From: Dehalococcoidia bacterium
GTDB lineage: Bacteria; Chloroflexota; Dehalococcoidia; Lucifugimonadales; UBA3495
Length of the DNA stretch: 64,000 bases
Assembly: GCA_965201145.1 (NCBI GenBank)
Contig: CBDAVT010000002.1
Location: 1,417,084 to 1,481,083, forward strand
Direction: 5' to 3'
Both the position numbers and the translations under genes were made by a program. Of this stretch, positions 37,418-44,815 are shown piece after piece. How positions within the stretch are numbered: the stretch's first letter is position 1; each line of letters begins with the position of its first letter. The notes under the pieces were generated by a model. It saw nothing but the letters and a program-made list of their open reading frames with translations, was not told the DNA's origin and did not search any database.

Positions 37418-38155
37418 TTAGCGCTTGATTACGAAGGGCATGGCGATGGCGATGACTACCGCCACGATGGCGATGACGATGGCGATGATGCCGGTGGTGC
37501 CGCTGGCGTCAACGCCGGCCGCGCCGGCCGGACCCGCCGGACCTGCCGGACCCTGCGGACCCATTGCGCCATCGGCGCCGGTAGCGCCCGCTGCGCCAGC
37601 CGCGCCGGGATCGCCCTGGGGACCGATGGGCCCACGGGCGCCGTCGGCCCCGGTAGCGCCATCGGCGCCATCAGAGCCGGCCGGCCCCTGGGGACCACGG
37701 GCCCCGGCCGGGCCCCGTTCACCCGCCGGCCCCGTCGGACCCACCGGGCCCATATCACCGGCCGGACCCTGCGGCCCCGGCGGGCCTTGCGCGCCGACCC
37801 GGCCCGTCTGGGAGTTGGCCTGCAGGTGGAAGCCTGACTCGACCATACCCGACATCCAGTTGGTCAGCTGCCGGTCCGCGTCCACGCCGGCCACCATAAA
37901 GGTTACGGACGTACCCGAAGGCCGGGTTACGTTGACTTTGAAGGCGCCGTCCGCCTCGGTCATTGCTTCGCCGATTTTCATGGCCCCATCGTGGGCCGTT
38001 ACCATTGTGCCCTGGGGCGGCACCGCTCCGTTGACCATGGCCGTGCCAATCAATACGTGCGGCATCTCCAACTGCTGCGCCATTGCGGTCAGCGGCAGCG
38101 CCGCCAGCATTCCCACCAGCGCAAGCAGGGCCAGGATTCTACTGACTCTTGCCAT
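37418..38155 (-). CDS. Secreted collagen-like (G-X-Y repeat) protein with a C-terminal membrane anchor
   Basis: Signal peptide ILALLALVGMLAALPLTAMA, about 95 aa of uninterrupted GxxGxx (GPPGPQGPAGDMGPVGPTGPAGERGPAG...), and a C-terminal hydrophobic tail IIAIVIAIVAVVIAIAMPFVIKR. Confidence 0.8.
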   Translation of the reverse strand: MARVSRILALLALVGMLAALPLTAMAQQLEMPHVLIGTAMVNGAVPPQGTMVTAHDGAMKIGEAMTEADGAFKVNVTRPSGTSVTFMVAGVDADRQLTNWMSGMVESGFHLQANSQTGRVGAQGPPGPQGPAGDMGPVGPTGPAGERGPAGARGPQGPAGSDGADGATGADGARGPIGPQGDPGAAGAAGATGADGAMGPQGPAGPAGPAGAAGVDASGTTGIIAIVIAIVAVVIAIAMPFVIKR

Positions 38156-38253
38156 TTAGTTCCTCCCGTTTAATTAAGCTGTTTGCCGAGGGCGTGATGG
38201 CGGGCCGAGGACGTTGCGGTCCCCGGCCCGGCCGATTTATTCCTGACCTGGCT

Positions 38254-40896
38254 CTACCAAACTATCTGGTTCCAGCAGTTCCCGCCCACGCAGGTGAGGT
38301 TCCGGGTCCGCCCGTTCAGGATGGCCTCGGTGTCGCTGGTTACCAGGAACAGATAGGTCTCCCCGGTAATCAGGTGGAACAGGTCGCTGGCTTCCACCAC
38401 GTCGGGACGCGGGTCGTAGAAGGCCCACTGCTTGCTGTCGTTGTTGAAGTAGAAAACGCGGACGAAGCTGTCGCCCAGGTTCGATACTCCATCGGCCACC
38501 GGCACGATGTTCCCCGGATTCTGGGCCGACGGCGTTACGGTGAAGCCCTTGCTGGCCGTCGTCTGCCCCACGTGCACCTCAATGGTCTGGATGCCGTTGT
38601 CCAGGCCCGGGATGGTGATGTCGAAGTTCAGCATCCCCTGGGCATCGGTGCTGGGCTTGGGCGCGGGAGTTACCTCCAGCGGGCCAACCTTGACGACGCT
38701 GACCGGCACGAAGGACTTGAACCCTTCGCCGGTGATGGTGATGGTGGAGCCCGGCGAGCCGCTGGTGGTGGACAGGTTGATGATGCCTTCCGGCACATCG
38801 TGGGTCACCGCCGTCACTACTGCCGTATTAGCGGTGCCGTACTCGTACTGGACCTTCACCGTGTTGGTGGAGGGGATGCCGGCGGTGGTGGGAATCCGAA
38901 TCTGGGTCTCAAACCGGCCGCTGGCATCGGGCTGGGCGCTGACCGTGGTCCGGCCCGTGGCGCTTTCGTACACGATTTCCACGCTGAAGCTGTCGCCCTC
39001 ATCATTCTTGCTGGGGAAATTCTTCCCCTGAACCGTGGCCAGGGTGCCGACCCGCCCGGTCTCCGGGGTGATGGTTACCTCCCGGGCCGGGATGTGGACC
39101 ACCACCTTGCCGGTACGCCCCATCGAGTCGCGGACCCGAATCTCCCGGTTCCCTTCCTCGACGGTGGCCGAGTCCAGGGGCAGGTCCACGGCCGCGGACC
39201 AGTTACCGCCGCTGTCCACCTCGACGGGATTGCCGCCGTTAATCCGGGACCACATTATCGGGTGGCCGCCAATGGAAATTTCCGAACCCATGCAACTATC
39301 GCTATCACCGCGGCAGATACTGGCGCCGGCATTAAAGCCGGAACCTACCAGGCTGACCCGCTGGTTGGCCACCACATCTTCCGGCGTTACCCGAATCATC
39401 GGGCCGCTGATGGTAATCGTAGTCGACGCGTTCAAGTTAGGAGCTACGGTTACCCGCAGGTCCTGGACGCCGGCCGGAGCGTCGTCGGGAACAATCAACC
39501 GGAAGTTACCGTTGCCGCTGCTAGATACCGTGCCCGAGCAGTCGCCACCTGTGCAGAGGACCTTGCGGGCCAGCTCTACTTTAATTACTGAAGCGCTCTC
39601 ATTACCAAAATCAAAGAGCTCGACCAGCAAACTTTCACCGGGCGACCCACCGTCGGGCGTTACGCTGATGGAGGATTCCAACTCGAAATCAGCCTGTTCC
39701 TCCCAGTCGGCTATATTGCTGCGACCGTCAACAGCATTAATGTGATTCGGGCCACCCTCAAAGGGCGGAGCAGTTACTTCAAACTGACATTCGCCTACAT
39801 CATCCCCGTTAACGACCGCGCTGCACAGGGTGTACTCATCGTCATCCTGCATCCGGTTGTTATTGGTATCCAGCCAGAAGTGGATGCTGGTGCCGTTCTT
39901 GAAGCCCTTGCCGGTGGCGGTAATCATATCGCCCCGGCCACCTTCATCTTCGTTCAGGCTGATCTTGCGAGCTACGTGGATGACCTTACCACTGCTGCCC
40001 TCACCGGCTATCGTCCAGGCATAATCGCCTCCTTCGGAAGGCAACCTTACGCCGGCAGAAGCCTGGATGGTTATGGTCACCATATCACCCACCACGATGC
40101 CGTCAAGATCGTCGTCAGAGTGCAAATCTCCCATATGGAGAATTATCTCCTCATCATCTGTCTCGATAGCCTCTGGATGAGCAGCACCCGCATCAGCTCG
40201 GATAACTATGTCTTCGACGTCGATACTCGGAACATCAAAATCTTCCATTTCCAGCTTGATTAATCCGTCCAAAGCATCAACTTTATTATTAGCTATGTAT
40301 TTAATTACATAGCGGGGAGAACCAGCAGGGCTTTCTGTGGATGCTGTTATATGCAGCCCTTCCGTCTTTACTTCGAAGTCTCTTTCGGCCATGTGGTAAC
40401 AACCTAATGGAAGTTCCATCGGAGAACTCCAAGCACCACTACAGGTTCCAGATGTAATCCTATCACCGCCAACGTAAGCCCTGACTTGCCGTTGATAACC
40501 TGTGACAGTAAGGGTATAATCTTCCGCTTCATTCAAGGGATTCAATCGAGGAATCTCAAGCATATTCCCCATGCTATGCTTATGACTAGACTCACTGTTC
40601 GGAGGATTCTCAATATACCAATGGGGCCGGGAGAATGTACCGTCAGTTGGCCCTATCTTGAAGTAGTTTCTCATATCTACTTCCCGAGACATTTGAGTAT
40701 CCCCTATCGAAATAGTAGGTTTATCACCCGGAAGGACCATCAAACCGGGCGCATCTTGGTCCGCCAAACTAGCATCAACCGGCTGGTCGGTGCTAGCGAA
40801 GGCGGGGTTGGCCAGACTGGCAGCGCCGAAGACGAGGGCGACGGCCAGAGCCGCGGCGGCGGCCAAGCCAATAATAGGATATAATCCTTTTGCCAT
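38254..40896 (-). CDS. 880-aa secreted protein with multiple IPT/TIG-like Ig-fold repeats
   Basis: Signal peptide AAAALAVALVFGAASLA. Repeated segments of the type GSPGSTITITGEGF...V.VG and VSLVGSGF, TVQGKNF. Confidence 0.7.
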   Translation of the reverse strand: MAKGLYPIIGLAAAAALAVALVFGAASLANPAFASTDQPVDASLADQDAPGLMVLPGDKPTISIGDTQMSREVDMRNYFKIGPTDGTFSRPHWYIENPPNSESSHKHSMGNMLEIPRLNPLNEAEDYTLTVTGYQRQVRAYVGGDRITSGTCSGAWSSPMELPLGCYHMAERDFEVKTEGLHITASTESPAGSPRYVIKYIANNKVDALDGLIKLEMEDFDVPSIDVEDIVIRADAGAAHPEAIETDDEEIILHMGDLHSDDDLDGIVVGDMVTITIQASAGVRLPSEGGDYAWTIAGEGSSGKVIHVARKISLNEDEGGRGDMITATGKGFKNGTSIHFWLDTNNNRMQDDDEYTLCSAVVNGDDVGECQFEVTAPPFEGGPNHINAVDGRSNIADWEEQADFELESSISVTPDGGSPGESLLVELFDFGNESASVIKVELARKVLCTGGDCSGTVSSSGNGNFRLIVPDDAPAGVQDLRVTVAPNLNASTTITISGPMIRVTPEDVVANQRVSLVGSGFNAGASICRGDSDSCMGSEISIGGHPIMWSRINGGNPVEVDSGGNWSAAVDLPLDSATVEEGNREIRVRDSMGRTGKVVVHIPAREVTITPETGRVGTLATVQGKNFPSKNDEGDSFSVEIVYESATGRTTVSAQPDASGRFETQIRIPTTAGIPSTNTVKVQYEYGTANTAVVTAVTHDVPEGIINLSTTSGSPGSTITITGEGFKSFVPVSVVKVGPLEVTPAPKPSTDAQGMLNFDITIPGLDNGIQTIEVHVGQTTASKGFTVTPSAQNPGNIVPVADGVSNLGDSFVRVFYFNNDSKQWAFYDPRPDVVEASDLFHLITGETYLFLVTSDTEAILNGRTRNLTCVGGNCWNQIVW

Positions 40897-40970
40897 AAAA
40901 ACATCTCCTTTGTGTTTTAGGATAGGGTGTATTGTGGGGTGGGGTGTATTACGCCAGTGTTACCGGCAGT

Positions 40971-41016
40971 CCTCACCCCCTAGCCCCCCTCTCCCTGGGG
41001 GAGAGGGGGATGAGGG
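40971..41016. repeat. REP-like element, short single-hairpin version (copy e)
   Basis: CCTCACCCCCTAGCCCCCCTCTCCCtggGGGAGAGGGGGATGAGGG. Confidence 0.6.
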
Positions 41017-41040
41017 CCTGCGGGGTCAGGGGATTAGGGG

Positions 41041-41505
41041 CTAGTCCAGGGTAAGCAGGGCGCTAACCGTCACCATAGCCGCCGAGCCGCCAACGATGGC
41101 ATAAAAGAGGCGGTCAATGCGGGAATTAACACTCTGCTGCAGGGTGTCGATCCGGGCGGTCACGCCATCGATCCGGGTGTCCATACTCTGTTGCAGGGTG
41201 TCAATCCGGGTAGTCATGCCATCAATCCGGGTAGTCATCTCGCTTTGCAAGGAATCAATCCGGGTGTTGGTTTCCCGCTGGTTGGCGTTCACCTCCCCGC
41301 GCAGCTCCGACAGGCCCTGCTCCACCGCCGTCAGCCGAGCGTTGGTTTCCCGCAAATCACCCCGTACCTCCAACACCGAGTGCTCCACCGCCGTCAACCG
41401 GGCGTTGGTTTCCCGCTGGTTGGCCTGCATCTCCCCGCGCAGCTCCACCAAGCCCGTCTCTACCGCCGTCATCCGTTCCGACAAATCATCCGTAGTAGTT
41501 ACCAT
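41041..41505 (-). CDS. Tail-anchored coiled-coil paralog 1 (154 aa)
   Basis: MVTTTDDLSERMTAVE..., three TAVE..LRG..RETNARL modules, RID-type 11- and 7-residue units, and a C-terminal TM segment FYAIVGGSAAMVTVSALLTLD. Confidence 0.8.
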   Translation of the reverse strand: MVTTTDDLSERMTAVETGLVELRGEMQANQRETNARLTAVEHSVLEVRGDLRETNARLTAVEQGLSELRGEVNANQRETNTRIDSLQSEMTTRIDGMTTRIDTLQQSMDTRIDGVTARIDTLQQSVNSRIDRLFYAIVGGSAAMVTVSALLTLD

Positions 41506-41537
41506 GGTTTCGGTTCCTCCTTACGACTCTGCCAACC

Positions 41538-41565
41538 ACTATACCGGATACCGGCCCATTGTCAA
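41538..41565 (-). promoter_or_regulatory. Promoter of paralog 1 (TTGACA-N16-TATAGT)
   Basis: The reverse complement (rc) reads TTGACAATGGGCCGGTATCCGGTATAGT, followed by the Shine-Dalgarno (SD) sequence AAGGAGGAA and the ATG. Confidence 0.6.
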
Positions 41566-41615
41566 TCCGCCGGGGAACGGGGGGTGATGGCCTTCGGGGT
41601 CAGGGGGATTAGGGG

Positions 41616-42110
41616 CTAGTCCAGGGTAAGAATCAGGGTGAGGAGGGCGCTAACCGTCGCAATCACCATAGCCGAAGAGCCGCCAACGATGGCATAGAAG
41701 AGGCGGTCAATGCGGGAATTAACGCTCTGCTGCAAAGCATCAATCCGGGCGGTCACGCCATCGATCCGGGTGTCCATACTCTGTTGCAGGGTGTCAATCC
41801 GGGTAGTCATCTCGCTTTGCAAGGAATCAATCCGGGTAGTCATCTCGCTTTGCAAGGAATCAATCCGGGCGTTGGTTTCCCGCTGGTTGGCGTTCACCTC
41901 CCCGCGCAGCTCCACCAGGCCCTGCTCCACCGCCGTCAGCCGGGCATTGGTTTCCCGCTGGTTGGCCTGCATCTCCCCCCGCACCTCCAATACCGAGTGC
42001 TCCACCGCCGTCAACCGGGTGTTGGTTTCCCGCAAATCACCCCGCAAGTCTGCAACCGCGTGTTCCACCGCCGTCATCCGTTCCGACAAATCATCCGTAG
42101 TAGTTACCAT
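41616..42110 (-). CDS. Tail-anchored coiled-coil paralog 2 (164 aa)
   Basis: Same architecture, with two RIDSLQSEMTT units plus RIDTLQQSMDT, RIDGVTA and RIDALQQSVNS. Confidence 0.8.
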   Translation of the reverse strand: MVTTTDDLSERMTAVEHAVADLRGDLRETNTRLTAVEHSVLEVRGEMQANQRETNARLTAVEQGLVELRGEVNANQRETNARIDSLQSEMTTRIDSLQSEMTTRIDTLQQSMDTRIDGVTARIDALQQSVNSRIDRLFYAIVGGSSAMVIATVSALLTLILTLD

Positions 42111-42142
42111 AGTTTCGGTTCCTCCTTACAACTCTGCCAACC

Positions 42143-42170
42143 ACTATACCGGATACCGGCTCATTGTCAA
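42143..42170 (-). promoter_or_regulatory. Promoter of paralog 2 (TTGACA-N16-TATAGT)
   Basis: Conserved block: rc TTGACAATGAGCCGGTATCCGGTATAGT. Confidence 0.6.
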
Positions 42171-42188
42171 TCCGCAGGGGGGCAGGGG

Positions 42189-42662
42189 CTAGTCCAAAGT
42201 AAGAATCAGGGTGAGGAGGGCGCTAACCGTTGCAATCACCATAGCCGAAGAGCCGCCAACGATGGCATAAAAGAGGCGGTCAATGCGGGAATTAACGCTC
42301 TGCTGCAAAGCGTCAATCCGGGTAGTCATCTCGCTTTGCAAGGAATCAATTCGGGTAGTCATCTCGCTTTGCAAGGAATCAATCCGGGTAGTCATCTCGC
42401 TTTGCAAGGAATCAATCCGGGCGTTGGTTTCCCGCTGGTTGGCGTTCACCTCCCCGCGCAGCTCCGACAGGCCCTGCTCCACCGCCGTCAGCCGGGCATT
42501 GGTTTCCCGCTGGTTGGCCTGCATCTCCCCCCGCACCTCCAACACCGAGTGCTCCACCGCCGTCAGCCGGGTGTTGGTTTCCCGCAAATCACCCCGCAAG
42601 TCTGCAACCGCGTGTTCCACGGCCGTCATCCGTTCCGACAAATCATCCGTAGTAGTTACCAT
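42189..42662 (-). CDS. Tail-anchored coiled-coil paralog 3 (157 aa)
   Basis: Same architecture, with three consecutive RIDSLQSEMTT units. Confidence 0.8.
   Translation of the reverse strand: MVTTTDDLSERMTAVEHAVADLRGDLRETNTRLTAVEHSVLEVRGEMQANQRETNARLTAVEQGLSELRGEVNANQRETNARIDSLQSEMTTRIDSLQSEMTTRIDSLQSEMTTRIDALQQSVNSRIDRLFYAIVGGSSAMVIATVSALLTLILTLD
42321..42419 (-). repeat. 3 x 33-bp perfect or near-perfect tandem repeat inside paralog 3
   Basis: Unit GGTAGTCATCTCGCTTTGCAAGGAATCAAT(C/T)CG encodes the 11-aa hendecad RIDSLQSEMTT. Two copies of the unit occur in paralogs 2 and 5. Confidence 0.85.
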
Positions 42663-42694
42663 AGTTTCGGTTCCTCCTTACAACTCTGCCAACC

Positions 42695-42722
42695 ACTATA
42701 CCGGATACCGGCCCATTGTCAA
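42695..42722 (-). promoter_or_regulatory. Promoter of paralog 3 (TTGACA-N16-TATAGT)
   Basis: Conserved block. MITE copy 5 lies upstream of it: its proximal TSD copy lies 9 nt from the -35. Confidence 0.6.
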
Positions 42723-42741
42723 TCCGCCTGGGGACAGGCCG

Positions 42742-42924
42742 CAGGGCTATCGCATATGGATTTTAAGAGGCCAATTGACGGTTAAATCTCCGTTTTTAAC
42801 TGCTAAATTTGGGTAATTTAAGACTTAAACCGTTGGTTTTGATGTTGATTACCCAGTAAAGCGCCGCCAAAACATCGGAAAGTTCCGTTCTCATCCTGAA
42901 AATTTTTCATATGCGATAGCCCTG
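42742..42924 (+). mobile_element. MITE copy 5 (183 bp)
   Basis: The TSD is GGACAGGCCG (42732-42741) and GGGCAGGCCG (42925-42934), with one mismatch. Confidence 0.9.
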
Positions 42925-42958
42925 GGGCAGGCCGCCGACGCCTGGCCCTGGGAAGGGG

Positions 42959-43324
42959 CTAGTCCAAAGTAAGAATCAGGGTGAGGAGGGCGCTAACCGT
43001 TGCAATCACCATAGCCGAAGAGCCGCCAACGATGGCATAGAAGAGGCGGTCAATGCGGGAATTAACGCTCTGCTGCAAAGCGTCAATCCGTGCGGCCATC
43101 TCGCTTTGCAAGGCGTCAATTCGGGTGGTCACGCCATCAATCCGGGCGTTGGTTTCCCGCTGGTTGGCGCTTACCTCCCCGCGCAGCTCCGACAGGCCCT
43201 GCTCCACCGCCGTCAACCGGGCATTGGTTTCCCGCTGGTTGGCCTGCATCTCCCCGCGCAACTCCACCACCGAATGTTCCACCGCCGTCATCCGTTCCGA
43301 CAAATCATCCGTAGTAGTTACCAT
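42959..43324 (-). CDS. Tail-anchored coiled-coil paralog 4 (121 aa)
   Basis: Same N- and C-termini but only two TAVE modules and fewer RID units. Confidence 0.8.
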   Translation of the reverse strand: MVTTTDDLSERMTAVEHSVVELRGEMQANQRETNARLTAVEQGLSELRGEVSANQRETNARIDGVTTRIDALQSEMAARIDALQQSVNSRIDRLFYAIVGGSSAMVIATVSALLTLILTLD

Positions 43325-43354
43325 AGTTTCCTTGCCTCCTAAACAATGCCAACC

Positions 43355-43382
43355 ACTATACCGGATACCGGCCCATTGTCAA
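43355..43382 (-). promoter_or_regulatory. Promoter of paralog 4 (TTGACA-N16-TATAGT)
   Basis: Conserved block. The ribosome-binding region differs here (GGAGGCAAGGAAACT-ATG). Confidence 0.55.
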
Positions 43383-43400
43383 TCCGCCGGGGGGACGGCC

Positions 43401-43582
43401 CAGGGCTATCGCATATGAAAAATTTCAGGCTCAGAACGGAACTTTCCGATGTTTTGGCGGCGCTTTACTGGGTAATCAACATCAAAACCAACGGTTTAAG
43501 TCTTAAATTACCCAAATTTAGCAGTTAAAAACGGAGATTTAACCGTCAATTGGCCTCTTAAAATCCATATGCGATAGCCCTG
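43401..43582 (-). mobile_element. MITE copy 6 (182 bp, inverted orientation)
   Basis: Perfect 10-bp TSD GGGGACGGCC at 43391-43400 and 43583-43592. Confidence 0.9.
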
Positions 43583-43593
43583 GGGGACGGCCG

Positions 43594-43675
43594 CCCTCAC
43601 CCCCCTCTCCCTGGGGGAGAGGGGGGAACCAAACAAACACCCCTCTCCGTGCGGGAGAGGGGCTAGGGGTGAGGG
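43594..43675. repeat. REP-like composite palindromic element, copy g (short spacer)
   Basis: CCCTCACCCCCCTCTCCCtggGGGAGAGGGGGG aaccaaacaaacac CCCTCTCCgtgcGGGAGAGGGGCTAGGGGTGAGGG. Confidence 0.75.
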
Positions 43676-43699
43676 CTTTGCGGGGAACGGGGGCAGGGG

Positions 43700-44140
43700 C
43701 TAGTCCAGGGTAAGAATCAGGGTCAGCAGGGCGCTAACCGTTGCAATCACCATAGCCGAAGAGCCGCCAACGATGGCATAGAAGAGGCGGTCAATGCGGG
43801 AGTTAACGCTCTGCTGCAAAGCGTCAATCCGGGTAGTCATCTCGCTTTGCAAGGAATCAATCCGGGTAGTCATCTCGCTTTGCAAGGAATCAATCCGGGC
43901 GTTGGTTTCCCGCTGGTTGGCGTTCACCTCCCCGCGCAGCTCCACCAGGCCCTGCTCCACCGCCGTCAGCCGGGCATTGGTTTCCCGCTGGTTGGCCTGC
44001 ATCTCCCCGCGCACCTCCACCAGGCCCGTCTCCACCGCCGTCAACCGGGTGTTGGTTTCCCGCAAATCACCCCGCAAGTCTGCAACCGCGTGTTCCACCG
44101 CCGTCATCCGTTCCGACAAATCATCCGTAGTAGTTACCAT
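43700..44140 (-). CDS. Tail-anchored coiled-coil paralog 5 (146 aa)
   Basis: Same architecture, with two RIDSLQSEMTT units. Confidence 0.8.
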   Translation of the reverse strand: MVTTTDDLSERMTAVEHAVADLRGDLRETNTRLTAVETGLVEVRGEMQANQRETNARLTAVEQGLVELRGEVNANQRETNARIDSLQSEMTTRIDSLQSEMTTRIDALQQSVNSRIDRLFYAIVGGSSAMVIATVSALLTLILTLD

Positions 44141-44172
44141 AGTTTCGGTGCCTCCTTACAACTCTGCCAACC

Positions 44173-44200
44173 ACTATACCGGATACCGGCCCATTGTCAA
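44173..44200 (-). promoter_or_regulatory. Promoter of paralog 5 (TTGACA-N16-TATAGT)
   Basis: Conserved block: rc TTGACAATGGGCCGGTATCCGGTATAGT. Confidence 0.6.
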
Positions 44201-44220
44201 TCCGCCTGGGGACGGCGGCC

Positions 44221-44328
44221 GCCCCCGGCCCCTCTCCCTGGGGGAGAGGGGAGTTTGTGTTTGGGGTAGTAGCCGGCTTATCCGCTAAAGTCCCCCTCTC
44301 CTCGCGGGAGAGGGGTTAGGGGTGAGGG
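44221..44328. repeat. REP-like composite palindromic element, copy h (left arm degenerate)
   Basis: GCCCCCGGCCCCTCTCCCtggGGGAGAGGGGAG ... CCCCCTCTCCtcgcGGGAGAGGGGTTAGGGGTGAGGG. Confidence 0.7.
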
Positions 44329-44352
44329 CTTTGCGGGGAACGGGGGCAGGGG

Positions 44353-44736
44353 CTAGTCCAGGGTAAGAATCAGGGTGAGGAGGGTACCGAGCAGGGTAAT
44401 TACTACTGCCACCGCACCGCCGATAATGGCATAGAAGAGGCGGTCAATGCGGGAATTCACGCTCTGCTGCAAAGCATCAATCCGGGCGGCCACGCCATCA
44501 ATCCGGGTGTTCATCGACCGCTGGTCCTCCCGCAGCTCGGACATACCCGTCTCCAGGGCCGTCAACCGGGCGTTGGTTTCCTGCAAATCGCCCCGCACTT
44601 CCAACACCGAGTGCTCCACCGCCGTCAACCGGGCATTGGTTTCCCGCTGGTTGGCCTGCATCTCCCCGCGCAACTCCACCAGACCCGTATCCACCGCCGT
44701 CATCCGTTCCGACAAATCATCCGCAGTAGTTACCAT
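44353..44736 (-). CDS. Tail-anchored coiled-coil paralog 6 (127 aa, most divergent)
   Basis: MVTTADDLSERMTAVD..., a divergent third module (TALETGMSELREDQRSMNT), and a divergent TM segment (AIIGGAVAVVITLLGTLLTLILTLD). Confidence 0.8.
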   Translation of the reverse strand: MVTTADDLSERMTAVDTGLVELRGEMQANQRETNARLTAVEHSVLEVRGDLQETNARLTALETGMSELREDQRSMNTRIDGVAARIDALQQSVNSRIDRLFYAIIGGAVAVVITLLGTLLTLILTLD

Positions 44737-44768
44737 AGTTTCGGTTCCTCCTTACAACTCTGCCAACC

Positions 44769-44796
44769 ACTATACCGGATACCGGCTCATTGTCAA
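44769..44796 (-). promoter_or_regulatory. Promoter of paralog 6 (TTGACA-N16-TATAGT)
   Basis: Conserved block. IS copy 2 lies upstream of it, separated from the -35 by 9 nt plus the 10-bp flank. Confidence 0.6.
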
Positions 44797-44815
44797 TCCG
44801 CCGGGGGGACGGCCG

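Noticed and set aside
25593-37837. ORFs spanning REP-like elements (25593-25787, 29321-29554, 36183-36566, 36296-36649, 37190-37837) encoding PLSLRERGE / GEGPGVRA-type peptides
   Set aside because: Their 'conserved' parts are simply translations of the palindromic DNA repeat in various frames. They have no start context and no consistent length.
37425-39591. Plus-strand ORFs antisense to the collagen-like and IPT/TIG genes (37425-38159, 38149-39591, 39035-39745)
   Set aside because: These are Pro/Gly/Ala-rich mirror translations of G-X-Y and Ig-repeat coding sequence. The minus-strand products have signal peptides and coherent domain repeats.
36529-44736. Interpretation of the collagen-like / Ig-repeat / XhlA-like coiled-coil cluster as a prophage tail-fibre and lysis module
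   Set aside because: There are no capsid, terminase, portal, baseplate, holin, endolysin or integrase genes anywhere in the window. The idea is kept only as an alternative to be tested against the full genome.
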